A stretch of 64,000 nucleotides of DNA from Parcubacteria group bacterium (GTDB taxonomy: Bacteria > Patescibacteriota > Minisyncoccia > Moranbacterales > UBA2206): contig JBAZUU010000002.1 in assembly GCA_041661275.1 (NCBI GenBank), positions 33,206 through 97,205 of the forward strand, read 5' to 3'. How positions within the stretch are numbered: position 1 is the stretch's first letter; each line of letters opens with the position of its first letter. The notes under the pieces were generated by a model, which worked only from the letters and a program-made list of their open reading frames with translations, was not told the origin of the DNA and did no database searches. A program made the position numbers and the translations under genes. This document shows, piece after piece, positions 28,985 through 38,860 of this stretch.

Positions 28985-29665
28985 ATGACATCCGATCTAT
29001 CAAAAAAACTGGGAGTAAAATTCAATAATCCCGAACTTTTGCAACAAGCCGTAACTCATCGTTCATACCTTAATGAGCATCGGAGTTATAAACTTGATCA
29101 TAATGAGCGTCTTGAATTCCTGGGAGACGCGGTTTTGGAGTTGGCAGTGACGGAATATCTATATAACAATTATGAAAATCCGGAAGGCGAACTGACCAAC
29201 TGGCGAGCAGCTCTTGTTAATGGAGAAATGCTGGCCAAAATTTCCAAAAAATTGGGCGTGGAAGAATTTCTTATGATGAGTCGTGGAGAAACCAAAGATA
29301 CCGGGCGCGCGCGCCAATACCTTTTGGCCAATGCTTTTGAAGCCATCACCGGTGCTATTTATCTTGACTCCGGTTATGACACGGCCAAGGATTTTATTAT
29401 GAAAAACGTAGTAATCTATCTTGACGAAATAATCGAGAAAAAACTATTCCTAGATCCCAAAAGTCGTTTTCAGGAGGAAGCGCAGGACAAAGTCGGTACT
29501 ACACCGTCCTATCGCGTTTTGGAAGAAGCGGGACCTGATCACGACAAGAAATTTGTCGTTGGAGTATTTTTAGACTCGGAAATGATCGCCAAGGGCGAGG
29601 GGCCGTCCAAGCAGGAAGCTCAAAGGCAGGCGGCAGAGAAGGGATTGGAAGTGAAGAGTTGGTAA
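28985..29665 (+). CDS. rnc: Ribonuclease III
   Basis: HNERLEFLGDAVL, dsRBD (DPKSRFQE..GPDHDK); start uncertain (28976 or 28985). Confidence 0.97.
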   Translation: MTSDLSKKLGVKFNNPELLQQAVTHRSYLNEHRSYKLDHNERLEFLGDAVLELAVTEYLYNNYENPEGELTNWRAALVNGEMLAKISKKLGVEEFLMMSRGETKDTGRARQYLLANAFEAITGAIYLDSGYDTAKDFIMKNVVIYLDEIIEKKLFLDPKSRFQEEAQDKVGTTPSYRVLEEAGPDHDKKFVVGVFLDSEMIAKGEGPSKQEAQRQAAEKGLEVKSW

Positions 29666-29678
29666 ACAAAAACAAAAA

Positions 29679-32048
29679 ATGTTTCTCAAACGCCTAGAAA
29701 TTAACGGCTTCAAATCATTTGCCTCCAAAACCACTTTGGATTTTTTGATTGACTCTGAAAACCACAAGACTCATGGGATAACAGTAGTGGTCGGACCAAA
29801 TGGAAGTGGCAAATCCAACATTGCCGATTCTTTGCGTTGGGTGATGGGGGAGCAATCAATGAAACATCTGCGCGGAAAAAAATCAGAGGACATTATTTTT
29901 GCCGGAAGTGGAAAAAAAGCGCGTTTAGGGAGTGCCAAAGTAACTTTATATCTAGACAATTGTGACCAAAAAATTCCCATTGATTTTTCCGAAGTTACCA
30001 TTGCCAGAAAAATTAACCGTTCTGGCGAGGGAGAATATTTTATCAATGGTTCGCGTGTCCGTCTTCAGGATATTACCGATCTTTTGGCCAAAGCTGGCGT
30101 AGGAAAAGAAAGTTATGCCATTATCAACCAGGGAATGGCCGATGCTATTCTTGCCGCCTCGCCACTGGAACGCCGGACGATCATTGAAGATGCAGCCGGA
30201 GTGAAACAATATCAGATCAAAAAAGAAAGGTCTATCCGAAAACTGGATTCAACTCGGGAAAATTTGGAGCGAGTGAAAAGTTTAGTAGAAGAAATAAAGC
30301 CGCATCTTCGAATGCTCAAAAGACAATCGGACAAAGCGGCTAAGAGTGAGGAAATATTTACGAGTCTTAAAGAAAAGCAGATAAAACTTTTCAGTCATCT
30401 TTGGCATAATTTTCGAGACGAGAAACAAATTTTTGATGAAAAAAAAGACGAATTGGGACGAGAGATGATGAATATGCAACGCGAAGTAGATAAACTTTTA
30501 GACGCAATAAACGCGGAAGAAAAGAACAATAAGGAAAATGAGACTCTCGCCGGATTGGAAAAAGATTCTAGGGAAGCTCGGGTGAAATATAATACTCTCG
30601 AGCGAGAGCTGATCATAACAGAGGGACGATTGGAAATTGAAAAAGAGAAGCAAGCTAGCCGGCAAGTCTTGGAGGAGATAAAAATAACCAGTATTCCTGT
30701 CGATTCTCTTTATGTCAAAAAAATAGTGGAAGAAATCCGGATCGACCAGGAAAGGTTGATAGAAAAATTACAAAAAGTGGAAAAGATTGAAGAACTCCAA
30801 GATATCAAAGAATTTGCCCGAGCGATCCAACAAAGACTATTTGAGCTCAAAGCAGATATTGAAAAAGGGAAAAAGGAGCAGAATTCCGAGAGCGAGGCTC
30901 TCGGAGCCGCTCCAAGAGCCTCGCTCTCGGATGCTTCTGAAATTAAGAAAGACAACTCGGTAATTTTAGAATTGCAAAATAAATTAGTCCAGTTGAGAAA
31001 GGATATAAAGGATCTGGAAAACAAAATTAGAGAAATCGATGAATCGAGAGAAAAAGAAATAACGGAAGACAGAAATCGACGCCAGAAATTTTTTGAGATT
31101 GAAAGAAAAATGAGGACAAAGCAGGATGAACTGGGAAAACTGAAAGATCAATTCAATGATGCCAAAATTTCTTTGGCGCGCGTGGAAGTGCGAGAGGAAG
31201 ATTTGAGGACGGATGTAAAATCAGCGCTCAAAATAGAACCCGAGGAACTTTCAAAAAATAATGAAGAAATCAATCGGGAAGAGTTGGAGCGAGAAGTGGC
31301 GCGTCTGAAAATCCAACTGGAACAGATCGGCGGAATAGATCCGATGGTGATAGATGAATATAGGGAAACTCAAAAACGTTTTGATTTTCTCTCCACTGAA
31401 TCAGAAGATCTGGAAAAAGCTATTGGTAGTCTTCGGGAGATAATAAAAGAAATGGAGCAAAAAATTTCTAAGGAATTTGAGCTGGCTTTCACCGAGATCA
31501 ACAAAGAATTCACCAAATACTTCAAAATAATTTTTGGTGGCGGCGCAGCGCATCTGACAAAAGTTAAGGTAAAAAATCGGAAGTTTAAGATTAAAAAAAC
31601 CGAAGAAGAATCAGATTTAGAAACTGAAAATATAGAGCAAAACGGTGATGACAATGTAGAAGATGTGGAAAATGAAAAGGATGAGATCGGAATCGATATC
31701 TTTGCTTGTCCGCCAGGAAAAAGAATAACCAGCCATGCTATGCTTTCGGGAGGTGAACGGTCACTTACTTCTCTGGCTCTTCTCTTTGCTGTCATTGCCC
31801 ACAACCCACCACCATTCTCTATTTTGGATGAAGTAGAGGCGGCACTTGATGAAGCTAATTCCAGACGTTTTGGCCGGATACTTTCAGAGCTTTCCAAAAA
31901 CACTCAATTTGTCATTATCACTCATAACCGTGAAACCATGCGCCAGGCGTCGATGCTCTATGGGGTGACGATGGGGGAAGACGGAATTTCCAAACTTCTT
32001 TCGGTGAGATTAGACCAAGTAGGACAAGGAGGGAAAATTATAAAATAA
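29679..32048 (+). CDS. smc: Short SMC-family ATPase
   Basis: GFKSFA, GPNGSGKSN, LSGGERSL, LDEVEAALD; no recognisable hinge. Confidence 0.9.
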   Translation: MFLKRLEINGFKSFASKTTLDFLIDSENHKTHGITVVVGPNGSGKSNIADSLRWVMGEQSMKHLRGKKSEDIIFAGSGKKARLGSAKVTLYLDNCDQKIPIDFSEVTIARKINRSGEGEYFINGSRVRLQDITDLLAKAGVGKESYAIINQGMADAILAASPLERRTIIEDAAGVKQYQIKKERSIRKLDSTRENLERVKSLVEEIKPHLRMLKRQSDKAAKSEEIFTSLKEKQIKLFSHLWHNFRDEKQIFDEKKDELGREMMNMQREVDKLLDAINAEEKNNKENETLAGLEKDSREARVKYNTLERELIITEGRLEIEKEKQASRQVLEEIKITSIPVDSLYVKKIVEEIRIDQERLIEKLQKVEKIEELQDIKEFARAIQQRLFELKADIEKGKKEQNSESEALGAAPRASLSDASEIKKDNSVILELQNKLVQLRKDIKDLENKIREIDESREKEITEDRNRRQKFFEIERKMRTKQDELGKLKDQFNDAKISLARVEVREEDLRTDVKSALKIEPEELSKNNEEINREELEREVARLKIQLEQIGGIDPMVIDEYRETQKRFDFLSTESEDLEKAIGSLREIIKEMEQKISKEFELAFTEINKEFTKYFKIIFGGGAAHLTKVKVKNRKFKIKKTEEESDLETENIEQNGDDNVEDVENEKDEIGIDIFACPPGKRITSHAMLSGGERSLTSLALLFAVIAHNPPPFSILDEVEAALDEANSRRFGRILSELSKNTQFVIITHNRETMRQASMLYGVTMGEDGISKLLSVRLDQVGQGGKIIK
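30885..30931. repeat. 47-bp palindrome inserted in frame in smc
   Basis: TCCGAGAGCGAGGCTCTCGGAGCCGCTCCAAGAGCCTCGCTCTCGGA; twin at 33729-33775. Confidence 0.9.
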
Positions 32049-33713
32049 ATGTTCTCTCGTAATAAAAACTTTCTATTTAAAGCACTTATAATCCTGATAA
32101 TTGCAGGCGGTGTTTTTATTCGTTTCTGGCATCTCGATTCCATTCCGCCCGGCATTCATTATGATGAAGCGTATAATGGAGTGAATGCGCTTACTGCCAA
32201 TGAAACGCACAACTGGAAAATATTTTATGAAGACAACACGGGTCGCGAGGGATTGCATATCAACGTCATTGCTTTTTTTATTTCCATTTTTGGTAATAAT
32301 AATTTTGGCCTAAGATTTGCCAATGCTCTTTGGGGGTCGCTCACTCTCATCGGTTTTTATTTTTTGCTAAAAGAACTGAAATTTTCTCATCTTTCCCGGG
32401 CTATCGGAACCTTTATGATTGCCACTTCGTTTTGGCATCTGGTTTTTTCGCGCACCGCCTATCGCGCTATCATGGTTCCGCTCATCTTAGTCTGGCTTTT
32501 CTATTTTTTCTGGAAAGCGGTGGACACACCTAAGTACCGAACCCGATACTTCATCATTTCCGGACTTCTTTTGGGAATAGGGTTTCACACTTACATTTCT
32601 TTCCGCATTGCCCCTGTCATAATTCTGGCGGTTGCCCTTTCTTTTGTTCTCACAAGACCTGGTTTTCTGGCGCGCCATTGGAAATCCGGTCTTATTTTTG
32701 CCATCGCCGCGCTTCTGGCTGCTCTTCCTATTTTTATTTTCTTTTCTGACCATTTCAAAGATTTCGTTTCCAGAAGTGAAGCCGTTTCTGTTTTTAACGC
32801 GCCCAATATGACTTTTTGGCAAGCATTTGGAAAGAGTCTCGGCAGGCATCTCTGGGCATTTTTTGTTATCGGTGATCATAACTATAGGCATAATTTTAAC
32901 AACCAGCCGCTTCTTCCGGCGGCCTGGTCAGTGCTTTTTGCCATCGGATTTATTATTTCCATAAGAGAAATTGGCAAAACGGCGATAAATTTAATAAAAA
33001 ATAGCCGGGAAAATCCAGGAGAAAAATCGATCCTGGCCACCAGATGGTTCAATGTTTCGGTACTGGCCCAGTCTATTTTTTGGATAATGATCTTGCCGGG
33101 AACTTTCAGTATCGAAGGGATTCCGCATTCACTGCGTATCATCGGCACTATTCCGGCCGTGTTTATTTTTTGCGTTTTGCCTTTTGAGTATATTACTAGT
33201 CTTTTTACCGCTACCAAGGAAATTTCTATATCCGCCACCACTCCATCAAGAGATAGTCGATCACTTACAGTCTTTATCGGCCTCATCGCTATGGTGGTTT
33301 TGGGCGGACTGTCGCAGGTATATATTTATTTCAATCTTTGGGCAACCGATCTGGCCACTATGGGCGCTTATGAACGGAAACTTTATGATTTCGGCCTTAT
33401 GACCAAAGATCTTCCGGTGCGCAACAATAACTATATAATGACTGCCTGGAATACTGCCATTTATTCCGACAGACATCAGTCCAGTCTCAAAACTTTGGAA
33501 TATTTGGCATATCCTAACATCAAAAAATATCTATTTTATAGGCCGACCGATGGAATCGGACAGATAAATTGCGATGATCCGCAAATAGTATTTTTGGAAT
33601 CAGATCAATGGCTTCGCGATCAATACAAAAATAATTGTCCGAGTTTACAACAAAAAAGATATCTTTATAATAATGGGAAATATACTTTTTGGGTGATGAG
33701 TAATAATCCCTAG
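32049..33713 (+). CDS. GT-C fold glycosyltransferase (ArnT/PMT-like)
   Basis: RFWHL..PPG..DEA, multiple TM helices, WH..FSR. Confidence 0.8.
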   Translation: MFSRNKNFLFKALIILIIAGGVFIRFWHLDSIPPGIHYDEAYNGVNALTANETHNWKIFYEDNTGREGLHINVIAFFISIFGNNNFGLRFANALWGSLTLIGFYFLLKELKFSHLSRAIGTFMIATSFWHLVFSRTAYRAIMVPLILVWLFYFFWKAVDTPKYRTRYFIISGLLLGIGFHTYISFRIAPVIILAVALSFVLTRPGFLARHWKSGLIFAIAALLAALPIFIFFSDHFKDFVSRSEAVSVFNAPNMTFWQAFGKSLGRHLWAFFVIGDHNYRHNFNNQPLLPAAWSVLFAIGFIISIREIGKTAINLIKNSRENPGEKSILATRWFNVSVLAQSIFWIMILPGTFSIEGIPHSLRIIGTIPAVFIFCVLPFEYITSLFTATKEISISATTPSRDSRSLTVFIGLIAMVVLGGLSQVYIYFNLWATDLATMGAYERKLYDFGLMTKDLPVRNNNYIMTAWNTAIYSDRHQSSLKTLEYLAYPNIKKYLFYRPTDGIGQINCDDPQIVFLESDQWLRDQYKNNCPSLQQKRYLYNNGKYTFWVMSNNP

Positions 33714-33728
33714 CAGAAATATTTGTTC

Positions 33729-33775
33729 TCCTGGAGCGAGGCTCTCGGAGCCGCTCCCAGAGCCTCGCTCCAGGA
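33729..33775. repeat. 47-bp intergenic palindrome, twin of the smc insert
   Basis: TCCTGGAGCGAGGCTCTCGGAGCCGCTCCCAGAGCCTCGCTCCAGGA. Confidence 0.9.
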
Positions 33776-33872
33776 CGGGGTTCTTGACATAGAAAAGATG
33801 CGTGTGTATACTGTATTAGTAATATTTAAGACGATTTAGGCACGCTGAGTGTCCAAGTTTAGTACTACAAAA

Positions 33873-34307
33873 ATGCTGACAATGAGAATGGCCCGCGTAG
33901 GGAAAAGAAATAAGGCTCAATTTAAAATAATGTTGCAGGAATCTACCGTTGCTCCGGGAGGGAAGCACGTGGAAGTTTTGGGTTCCTACGATCCGCATCA
34001 AAAGGCGGCTGTATTAAAAGAAGAAAGAATAAAATACTGGCTGGCGCAAGGTGCCCAAGCTTCTGATACAGTTTATAACTTACTAGTTTCAAAAGGTTTG
34101 ATTTCTGACAAAAAAAGAGCAGTGAAATTACCGAAAAAAGCGGAACCTGCCTCACCGGCAGGCGAGGAGCCAAAAGCTGAAGAGACTAAAACTGAAAAAA
34201 AGACCGAAGATATAAAAGAAGAAGTTAAAGTTGAGGAAAAAATTGAAGAAGTAAAAAAAGAGGAAAAACCAGAAGAGCTAAAGCAAGAAGATGTAAAAAC
34301 TGAATAA
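33873..34307 (+). CDS. rpsP: 30S ribosomal protein S16 with charged C-terminal tail
   Basis: MRMARVGKRN, EVLGSYDP, YWLAQGAQASDTV. Confidence 0.95.
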   Translation: MLTMRMARVGKRNKAQFKIMLQESTVAPGGKHVEVLGSYDPHQKAAVLKEERIKYWLAQGAQASDTVYNLLVSKGLISDKKRAVKLPKKAEPASPAGEEPKAEETKTEKKTEDIKEEVKVEEKIEEVKKEEKPEELKQEDVKTE

Positions 34308-34320
34308 TTTAATATATTTT

Positions 34321-34396
34321 TCCGCAGACAATGGGCACTAAAATAAGACCCATCGAGGAAATGAAAGTCTGGAACTTTTATTTTATGTCTGCTGGA
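34321..34396 (+). promoter_or_regulatory. L10 leader (rplJL autoregulatory RNA)
   Basis: TCCGCAGACAATGGG...CCCATCGAGG...TGTCTGCTGGA directly upstream of rplJ, matching the AGAC..GG..CC..GAGG L10-leader pattern. Confidence 0.7.
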
Positions 34397-34415
34397 ATGC
34401 AGATTTTTTAATTTT

Positions 34416-34931
34416 ATGCAAACACGTAACCAAAAAAAAGAAATAGTCAAGAATTTGACCAAGGAGATAAAAGACTCAAAAGCTGTTGTGTTTTCTGACT
34501 ATAAAGGACTAACTGTCAAAGATATGACTGCTATGAGGAAAGAACTTCACTCTCAAGGAGTTGATCTCCGAGTAGTTAAGAAAACTCTCATTAACATTGC
34601 CCTAAAAGATGCCGGAATAGAATTAGACGCCGAAAAAATGGAAGGTCAGATCGCTCTGGCAATTTCCAGGGAAGATGAAGTAGCAGCTGCTAAAATTATC
34701 GCCAAAGTAGCCAAAGCCAATGAAAATCTGAAAATTGTAAGTGGAATCCTGGGTAAGGATGTTCTTGGAAAAGACGAAGTTATGGCTCTTGCGAAACTTC
34801 CATCCAAGGAAGAACTGCTGGCCAAATTTGTCGGAACAATCAATGCTCCAATTTCAGGATTTGTGAATGTTCTGGCCGGAAACTTGAGGGGACTAGTCAA
34901 TGTTTTGAAGGCGATTGGTGATTCCAAATAA
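34416..34931 (+). CDS. rplJ: 50S ribosomal protein L10
   Basis: DYKGLTV, VVKKTL, LAKLPSKEELLA. Confidence 0.97.
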   Translation: MQTRNQKKEIVKNLTKEIKDSKAVVFSDYKGLTVKDMTAMRKELHSQGVDLRVVKKTLINIALKDAGIELDAEKMEGQIALAISREDEVAAAKIIAKVAKANENLKIVSGILGKDVLGKDEVMALAKLPSKEELLAKFVGTINAPISGFVNVLAGNLRGLVNVLKAIGDSK

Positions 34932-34971
34932 GATAATTAAATAATTTTATAAATAATTAATCATAAATTAT

Positions 34972-35382
34972 ATGACCGAAGAAAAAAAGGAAACTGTAGA
35001 AGTTCCGGAAAAATTTCAGAAGCTCGTTAGCGAAATTGAAAAAATGAGTGTCTTGGAACTTTCTGAACTGGTGAAGGTGCTCGAAGAAAAATTTGGAGTA
35101 TCAGCTGCCGCTCCAATGATGATGGGGGCGATCCCTGCTGGTGGCGGAGAAGTAGCAGCCGCCGAAGAGAAATCCGAATTTGATGTGGAAGTGACCGCGA
35201 GTGGCGCTTCTAAGATTAATGTTATCAAGGCTGTTCGTGAAGCCACAGGTCTTGGTCTTAAAGACGCCAAGGATCTGGTTGACGCCGCTCCAAAAGTGAT
35301 CAAGGAAAAAGTGACCAAAGCTGAAGCGGAAGAAATGAAGAAAAAACTGGAAGAAGCCGGAGCGACCGTAACTCTGAAATAA
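34972..35382 (+). CDS. rplL: 50S ribosomal protein L7/L12
   Basis: [33 protein letters not shown]. Confidence 0.98.
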   Translation: MTEEKKETVEVPEKFQKLVSEIEKMSVLELSELVKVLEEKFGVSAAAPMMMGAIPAGGGEVAAAEEKSEFDVEVTASGASKINVIKAVREATGLGLKDAKDLVDAAPKVIKEKVTKAEAEEMKKKLEEAGATVTLK

Positions 35383-35400
35383 TACCGGAAATTTCATAAT

Positions 35401-35430
35401 AAAAACCCTGGAATAAAATTCAGGGTTTTT
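35401..35430. terminator. Bidirectional terminator
   Basis: AAAAACCCTG...CAGGGTTTTT between convergent genes. Confidence 0.7.
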
Positions 35431-35446
35431 ATTTTGCTAAATCTTT

Positions 35447-35644
35447 TTATAATCCATAAGCCGTGGTCATAGTTTTTAGCATCCAGGGAATAGCAATGAG
35501 AAGTCCGATGAGCGGCAGGACGATAGTGACCACGGTGATAATAAGAGTCCAGAGAAAATATTTTCTCGTCTTTTCCACGGACTTATAAATGTCGTCAATC
35601 TTTTTCTCTTGCTCTTCTAATTTTTTCAAAAGTTCTTGATCCAT
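35447..35644 (-). CDS. Small hypothetical membrane protein
   Basis: Short coiled coil followed by one TM helix. Confidence 0.7.
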   Translation of the reverse strand: MDQELLKKLEEQEKKIDDIYKSVEKTRKYFLWTLIITVVTIVLPLIGLLIAIPWMLKTMTTAYGL

Positions 35645-35656
35645 AGAATTTATTTA

Positions 35657-36214
35657 TTATTTTTTATAATTCCCACCAATAATGGGCATATTTTTTTCAG
35701 GCCAATTGGTCAGGGCGATAGTAATTTCACTCTCAAGCGGAATTGATAGATCTGGCAAAGCCAAAGCGCAGGCGCGATGCATGCCCTCAATAAGAATGAT
35801 TTTATCCTGCCATATAAGTCCGGTAAGCATAGTTTTGGCAGGGAAATTTTTTTTAATATCAATAATCTTTTGATTGGCTTTTATTATTGGCAGATTGAGA
35901 ATATCTTTTAGTTGCATAGTGATTTTTCCATCGTATGCTTTTTCTATCCAGGAATGTGACGGAACGCCATAAATTTCCGGAAATTCTTTCAGTGGTTCAT
36001 TAATTTTATACAAAAACCATCCTAATTTTTCCGGGTTCAATGGAGCGGCATAAGCTTTCCGCCACTCGTCCCAGGAATCAAAGTCACGTTCTTCCCAGTG
36101 TTTTTTCCATGATTCCTGATGAGCCTCACCTTGTCGCCAGGTATCGAAAATTTTGTCCCAAGTTATAGAATCAATTAATTCTAAGGATGTGTATTGATCA
36201 GGTATTGTTAACAT
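35657..36214 (-). CDS. Hypothetical protein with ParB/Srx-like LIEGxHR motif
   Basis: IILIEGMHRACAL; Trp-rich N-terminus. Confidence 0.65.
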   Translation of the reverse strand: MLTIPDQYTSLELIDSITWDKIFDTWRQGEAHQESWKKHWEERDFDSWDEWRKAYAAPLNPEKLGWFLYKINEPLKEFPEIYGVPSHSWIEKAYDGKITMQLKDILNLPIIKANQKIIDIKKNFPAKTMLTGLIWQDKIILIEGMHRACALALPDLSIPLESEITIALTNWPEKNMPIIGGNYKK

Positions 36215-36240
36215 TAGTTAAATTATAGCATTAAAATTGA

Positions 36241-36372
36241 TACAAGAAAAAATCCATTCTGTATGTTACTTCAATCTATGGGGACAAAAGGAAGCATTCC
36301 AATCGGTCAGACTACAATGACCACACGACAGATTTTCTTCTCAAAGTAACTGTCGAAACCCCCGGGAAATGA
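36241..36372 (+). pseudogene. Possible 3' remnant of a lost gene
   Basis: 43 open codons (YKKKSILYV...VETPGK*) with no start, ending just before the terminator at 36383-36417. Confidence 0.3.
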
Positions 36373-36466
36373 CAAAATAATAGCCCCGCGACTCCAAAAG
36401 AGCGGCGGGGCGTTTTTATTTCTAGATTCTTGTGTTTATGTCGGGATTTTTAGTGCAGTTGTCCTG

Positions 36467-36910
36467 TTAATCGACATGGAACTCCTCGCGGCACTCTATT
36501 ACGAAAACAAGATGATTGTCCCCGATGGCGTCTAAAACTTCTTTGGTCTGCTTTTTCCAGCGAGGATCGCAGTGCCGGTATTTCCTTGCCCGTAGACATT
36601 TCCGGGCCTTATTCTCGTCAAGGAAAAGGGCTACCACGGGTGTAGTATGACCACCATGTCTGTTATCATTCACTTCATAGTAAGTTGGACGTTTTTCGCC
36701 TTCGGTCCAGTGAGCGCTATAGAGGCCAATTCCCCCTGGTGTCACGGCTACCAAATTGCCATTGCGCAACATCATTCCGACAGCCATTTCGCTAGTCGTT
36801 CCTTCGCGTAAAGCAATTTTTTTGACAGTCGGAAAATGCTCTTTATTTTTCTCTTCGGACACCAGATACAGAGACGTTAGGGTTACAACAAAGAACTGAT
36901 GTAAATGCAT
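36467..36910 (-). CDS. Stand-alone hypothetical protein
   Basis: GAGGAGGAGG SD, TTGACC-17-TAAGGT promoter (36997-36969), terminator 36383-36411. Confidence 0.75.
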   Translation of the reverse strand: MHLHQFFVVTLTSLYLVSEEKNKEHFPTVKKIALREGTTSEMAVGMMLRNGNLVAVTPGGIGLYSAHWTEGEKRPTYYEVNDNRHGGHTTPVVALFLDENKARKCLRARKYRHCDPRWKKQTKEVLDAIGDNHLVFVIECREEFHVD

Positions 36911-37085
36911 ATCCTCCTCCTCAAGAGATAATCTATGGTTATCAATAAATCCGTCTTTTCTTTATTGCACCTTAACATCGGCTAAGATTTTGGTCAACAG
37001 GGGGTAGGGATGAAAGATCCAGGTGCTTTCTTTCACAATTTGTGTTACGTAACAATGTAAGTAATTAAATACTTACACGGAATTG

Positions 37086-37157
37086 TTGGGCCGGCAGGAT
37101 TCGAACCTGCGCATGGTGGAGCCAAAACCCACTGCCTTACCGCTTGGCTACGGCCCA
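37086..37157 (-). tRNA. tRNA-Gln (TTG), CCA not encoded
   Basis: TGGGCCGTAGCCAAGCGGTAAGGCA-GTGGG-TTTTGGC-TCCAC...GCAGGTTCGAATCCTGC-CGGCCCA. Confidence 0.95.
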
Positions 37158-37167
37158 AAATATTATT

Positions 37168-38754
37168 CTATTCTACTATCTTCCCACCCATAATCTCCAT
37201 CGCGGAGCTTAAAAGGGGATCTTGCGTCGATTCTTTTTTTTCTTCAACTTCCTTTTTAGCTAGATTCTTATCGGCAACAATCATTATCCGCACCGGACAT
37301 TCCAAAATCTTACCAAAAACTTCTTCTACAGTCAACCGATTGCCGTTTTCGTTCAGTCGCTCTTTATAAAAATCATACGGAGTGGCGATGGTGATTTCAT
37401 TGCCCGTGACTTTTGTCACCTGGCAATTCAGAAGCAATGCTTTCAGGGAATGGTTGTATGGTTGAATGTCAATTAATAATTTATCCCATTTGGATTGGAC
37501 GGTGAAAATGTCTAGTGGCGTGTTTTTATCTATTTTTTTTAACCTGTCCTCATCTTCCGCGGGAGCAACCTTTGTTGGTTCAGGTTTTTGGCTGGAAATG
37601 ACAGATGGACTGGCTGGCGTTATGCTTGGCGCGCTATAGCTTATATTTTCTGCTTTTATAGATGGAAACGTCTGTGTCGCTTTGATAATGGCGATTTCCA
37701 ATGGCAATTGCGGCAATATATATGAAGCGATTTTGCCTTGAGCTTCAAGTAACAAATTTATCGTGATAATAATTTTTACTAGCTCTGCTTTTTCTGCCAG
37801 AGCCTTCAGCTCGACCATTTGTTCTCTGGTCATTTCATAGGAAAAATACTTGTCCAGCTTATCGTTTATTTTTACCAGCATCACCTGGCGGAAATAGTTG
37901 ATGAGCGCCTTGTTAAACACTTGCAAATCATAGCCATCATTCAACAGATCGTTCACTTTGGAAATGGCTTTGGTGCTATCTTGCTCAATAATCAATCGGG
38001 CTATTTCGCTATATATTTTCCGATCGGTCGTTCCTAAAATTTCTTCAACCTCCTTGGCAGTGATATTTTTGTCTTCCAATGATATGATTTGACCCAAAAG
38101 CGATTCAGCGTCACGCATTCCGCCTTCTGCTGAAATAGCGATCATTTCCAACGCTTCTTTTTCAATTTTCACTTTTTCGGCCTTGGCGATGATAGATAAT
38201 TTTTCAATGATATTAGCCACAGGAAGCCTGGAAAAATCAAAACGTTGGACACGCGACAAGATCGTATCTGGGACTTTGTGAATTTCCGTGGTAGCGAGAA
38301 TAAAAATGACGTGAGTTGGCGGTTCTTCTAGGGTTTTGAGAAGCGCGTTGAAAGCGCCACTCGAAAGCATATGCACTTCATCAATAATATATACCTTGTA
38401 TTTTAGAGAAGTTGGTGGGAGAGCGACAGTTTCTCGCAATTCGCGAATATTGTCCACGCCAGTGTTGGACGCGGCGTCAATTTCAATGATGTCCAAAGAT
38501 CTCGCGGAATTAATAATCTGGCAAGCCGAACATTTTTCGCAGGGCGTAGAATCTTTTAATTTCTCGCAATTAATCGTTTTGGCCATTATCCGAGCCAAAG
38601 ATGTTTTTCCTGTTCCGCGAGGACCGGTGAAAAGATAGGCGTGGCCAATGCGTTCGTGTTTTATAGCATTAGAAAGAGTGCGGACAATATGTTGTTGTCC
38701 GATAACTTCATCGAAATTTTTCGGCCGGTATTTTCTGTATAAACTCTCGCTCAT
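37168..38754 (-). CDS. dnaX: DNA polymerase III subunit gamma/tau
   Basis: LYRKYRP, GPRGTGKT, EIDAASN, IIDEVHML, NALLKTLEEPP. Confidence 0.98.
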   Translation of the reverse strand: MSESLYRKYRPKNFDEVIGQQHIVRTLSNAIKHERIGHAYLFTGPRGTGKTSLARIMAKTINCEKLKDSTPCEKCSACQIINSARSLDIIEIDAASNTGVDNIRELRETVALPPTSLKYKVYIIDEVHMLSSGAFNALLKTLEEPPTHVIFILATTEIHKVPDTILSRVQRFDFSRLPVANIIEKLSIIAKAEKVKIEKEALEMIAISAEGGMRDAESLLGQIISLEDKNITAKEVEEILGTTDRKIYSEIARLIIEQDSTKAISKVNDLLNDGYDLQVFNKALINYFRQVMLVKINDKLDKYFSYEMTREQMVELKALAEKAELVKIIITINLLLEAQGKIASYILPQLPLEIAIIKATQTFPSIKAENISYSAPSITPASPSVISSQKPEPTKVAPAEDEDRLKKIDKNTPLDIFTVQSKWDKLLIDIQPYNHSLKALLLNCQVTKVTGNEITIATPYDFYKERLNENGNRLTVEEVFGKILECPVRIMIVADKNLAKKEVEEKKESTQDPLLSSAMEIMGGKIVE

Positions 38755-38770
38755 AAATACTAATTAATTA

Positions 38771-38843
38771 GAGTACCAAATTTGGTACCCCTTGTGTCTT
38801 TATTATATATCTGAAAAAGGACAGACACAAGGTCTGCCCCTAC
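38771..38843. repeat. Two REP-like palindromes
   Basis: GAGTACCAAATTTGGTACCC (38771-38790) and GTAG-type GTAGGGGCAGACCTTGTGTCTGTCCT (38843-38818, minus strand). Confidence 0.7.
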
Positions 38844-38860
38844 GTAAGATTTTTGATAAA

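Noticed and set aside
29679-32048. smc as a truncated pseudogene
   Set aside because: Both ATPase head halves are intact in one frame
36345-36370. tmRNA-like GGGGGTTTCGACAG on the minus strand
   Set aside because: No acceptor stem, tag ORF or 3' T-arm found
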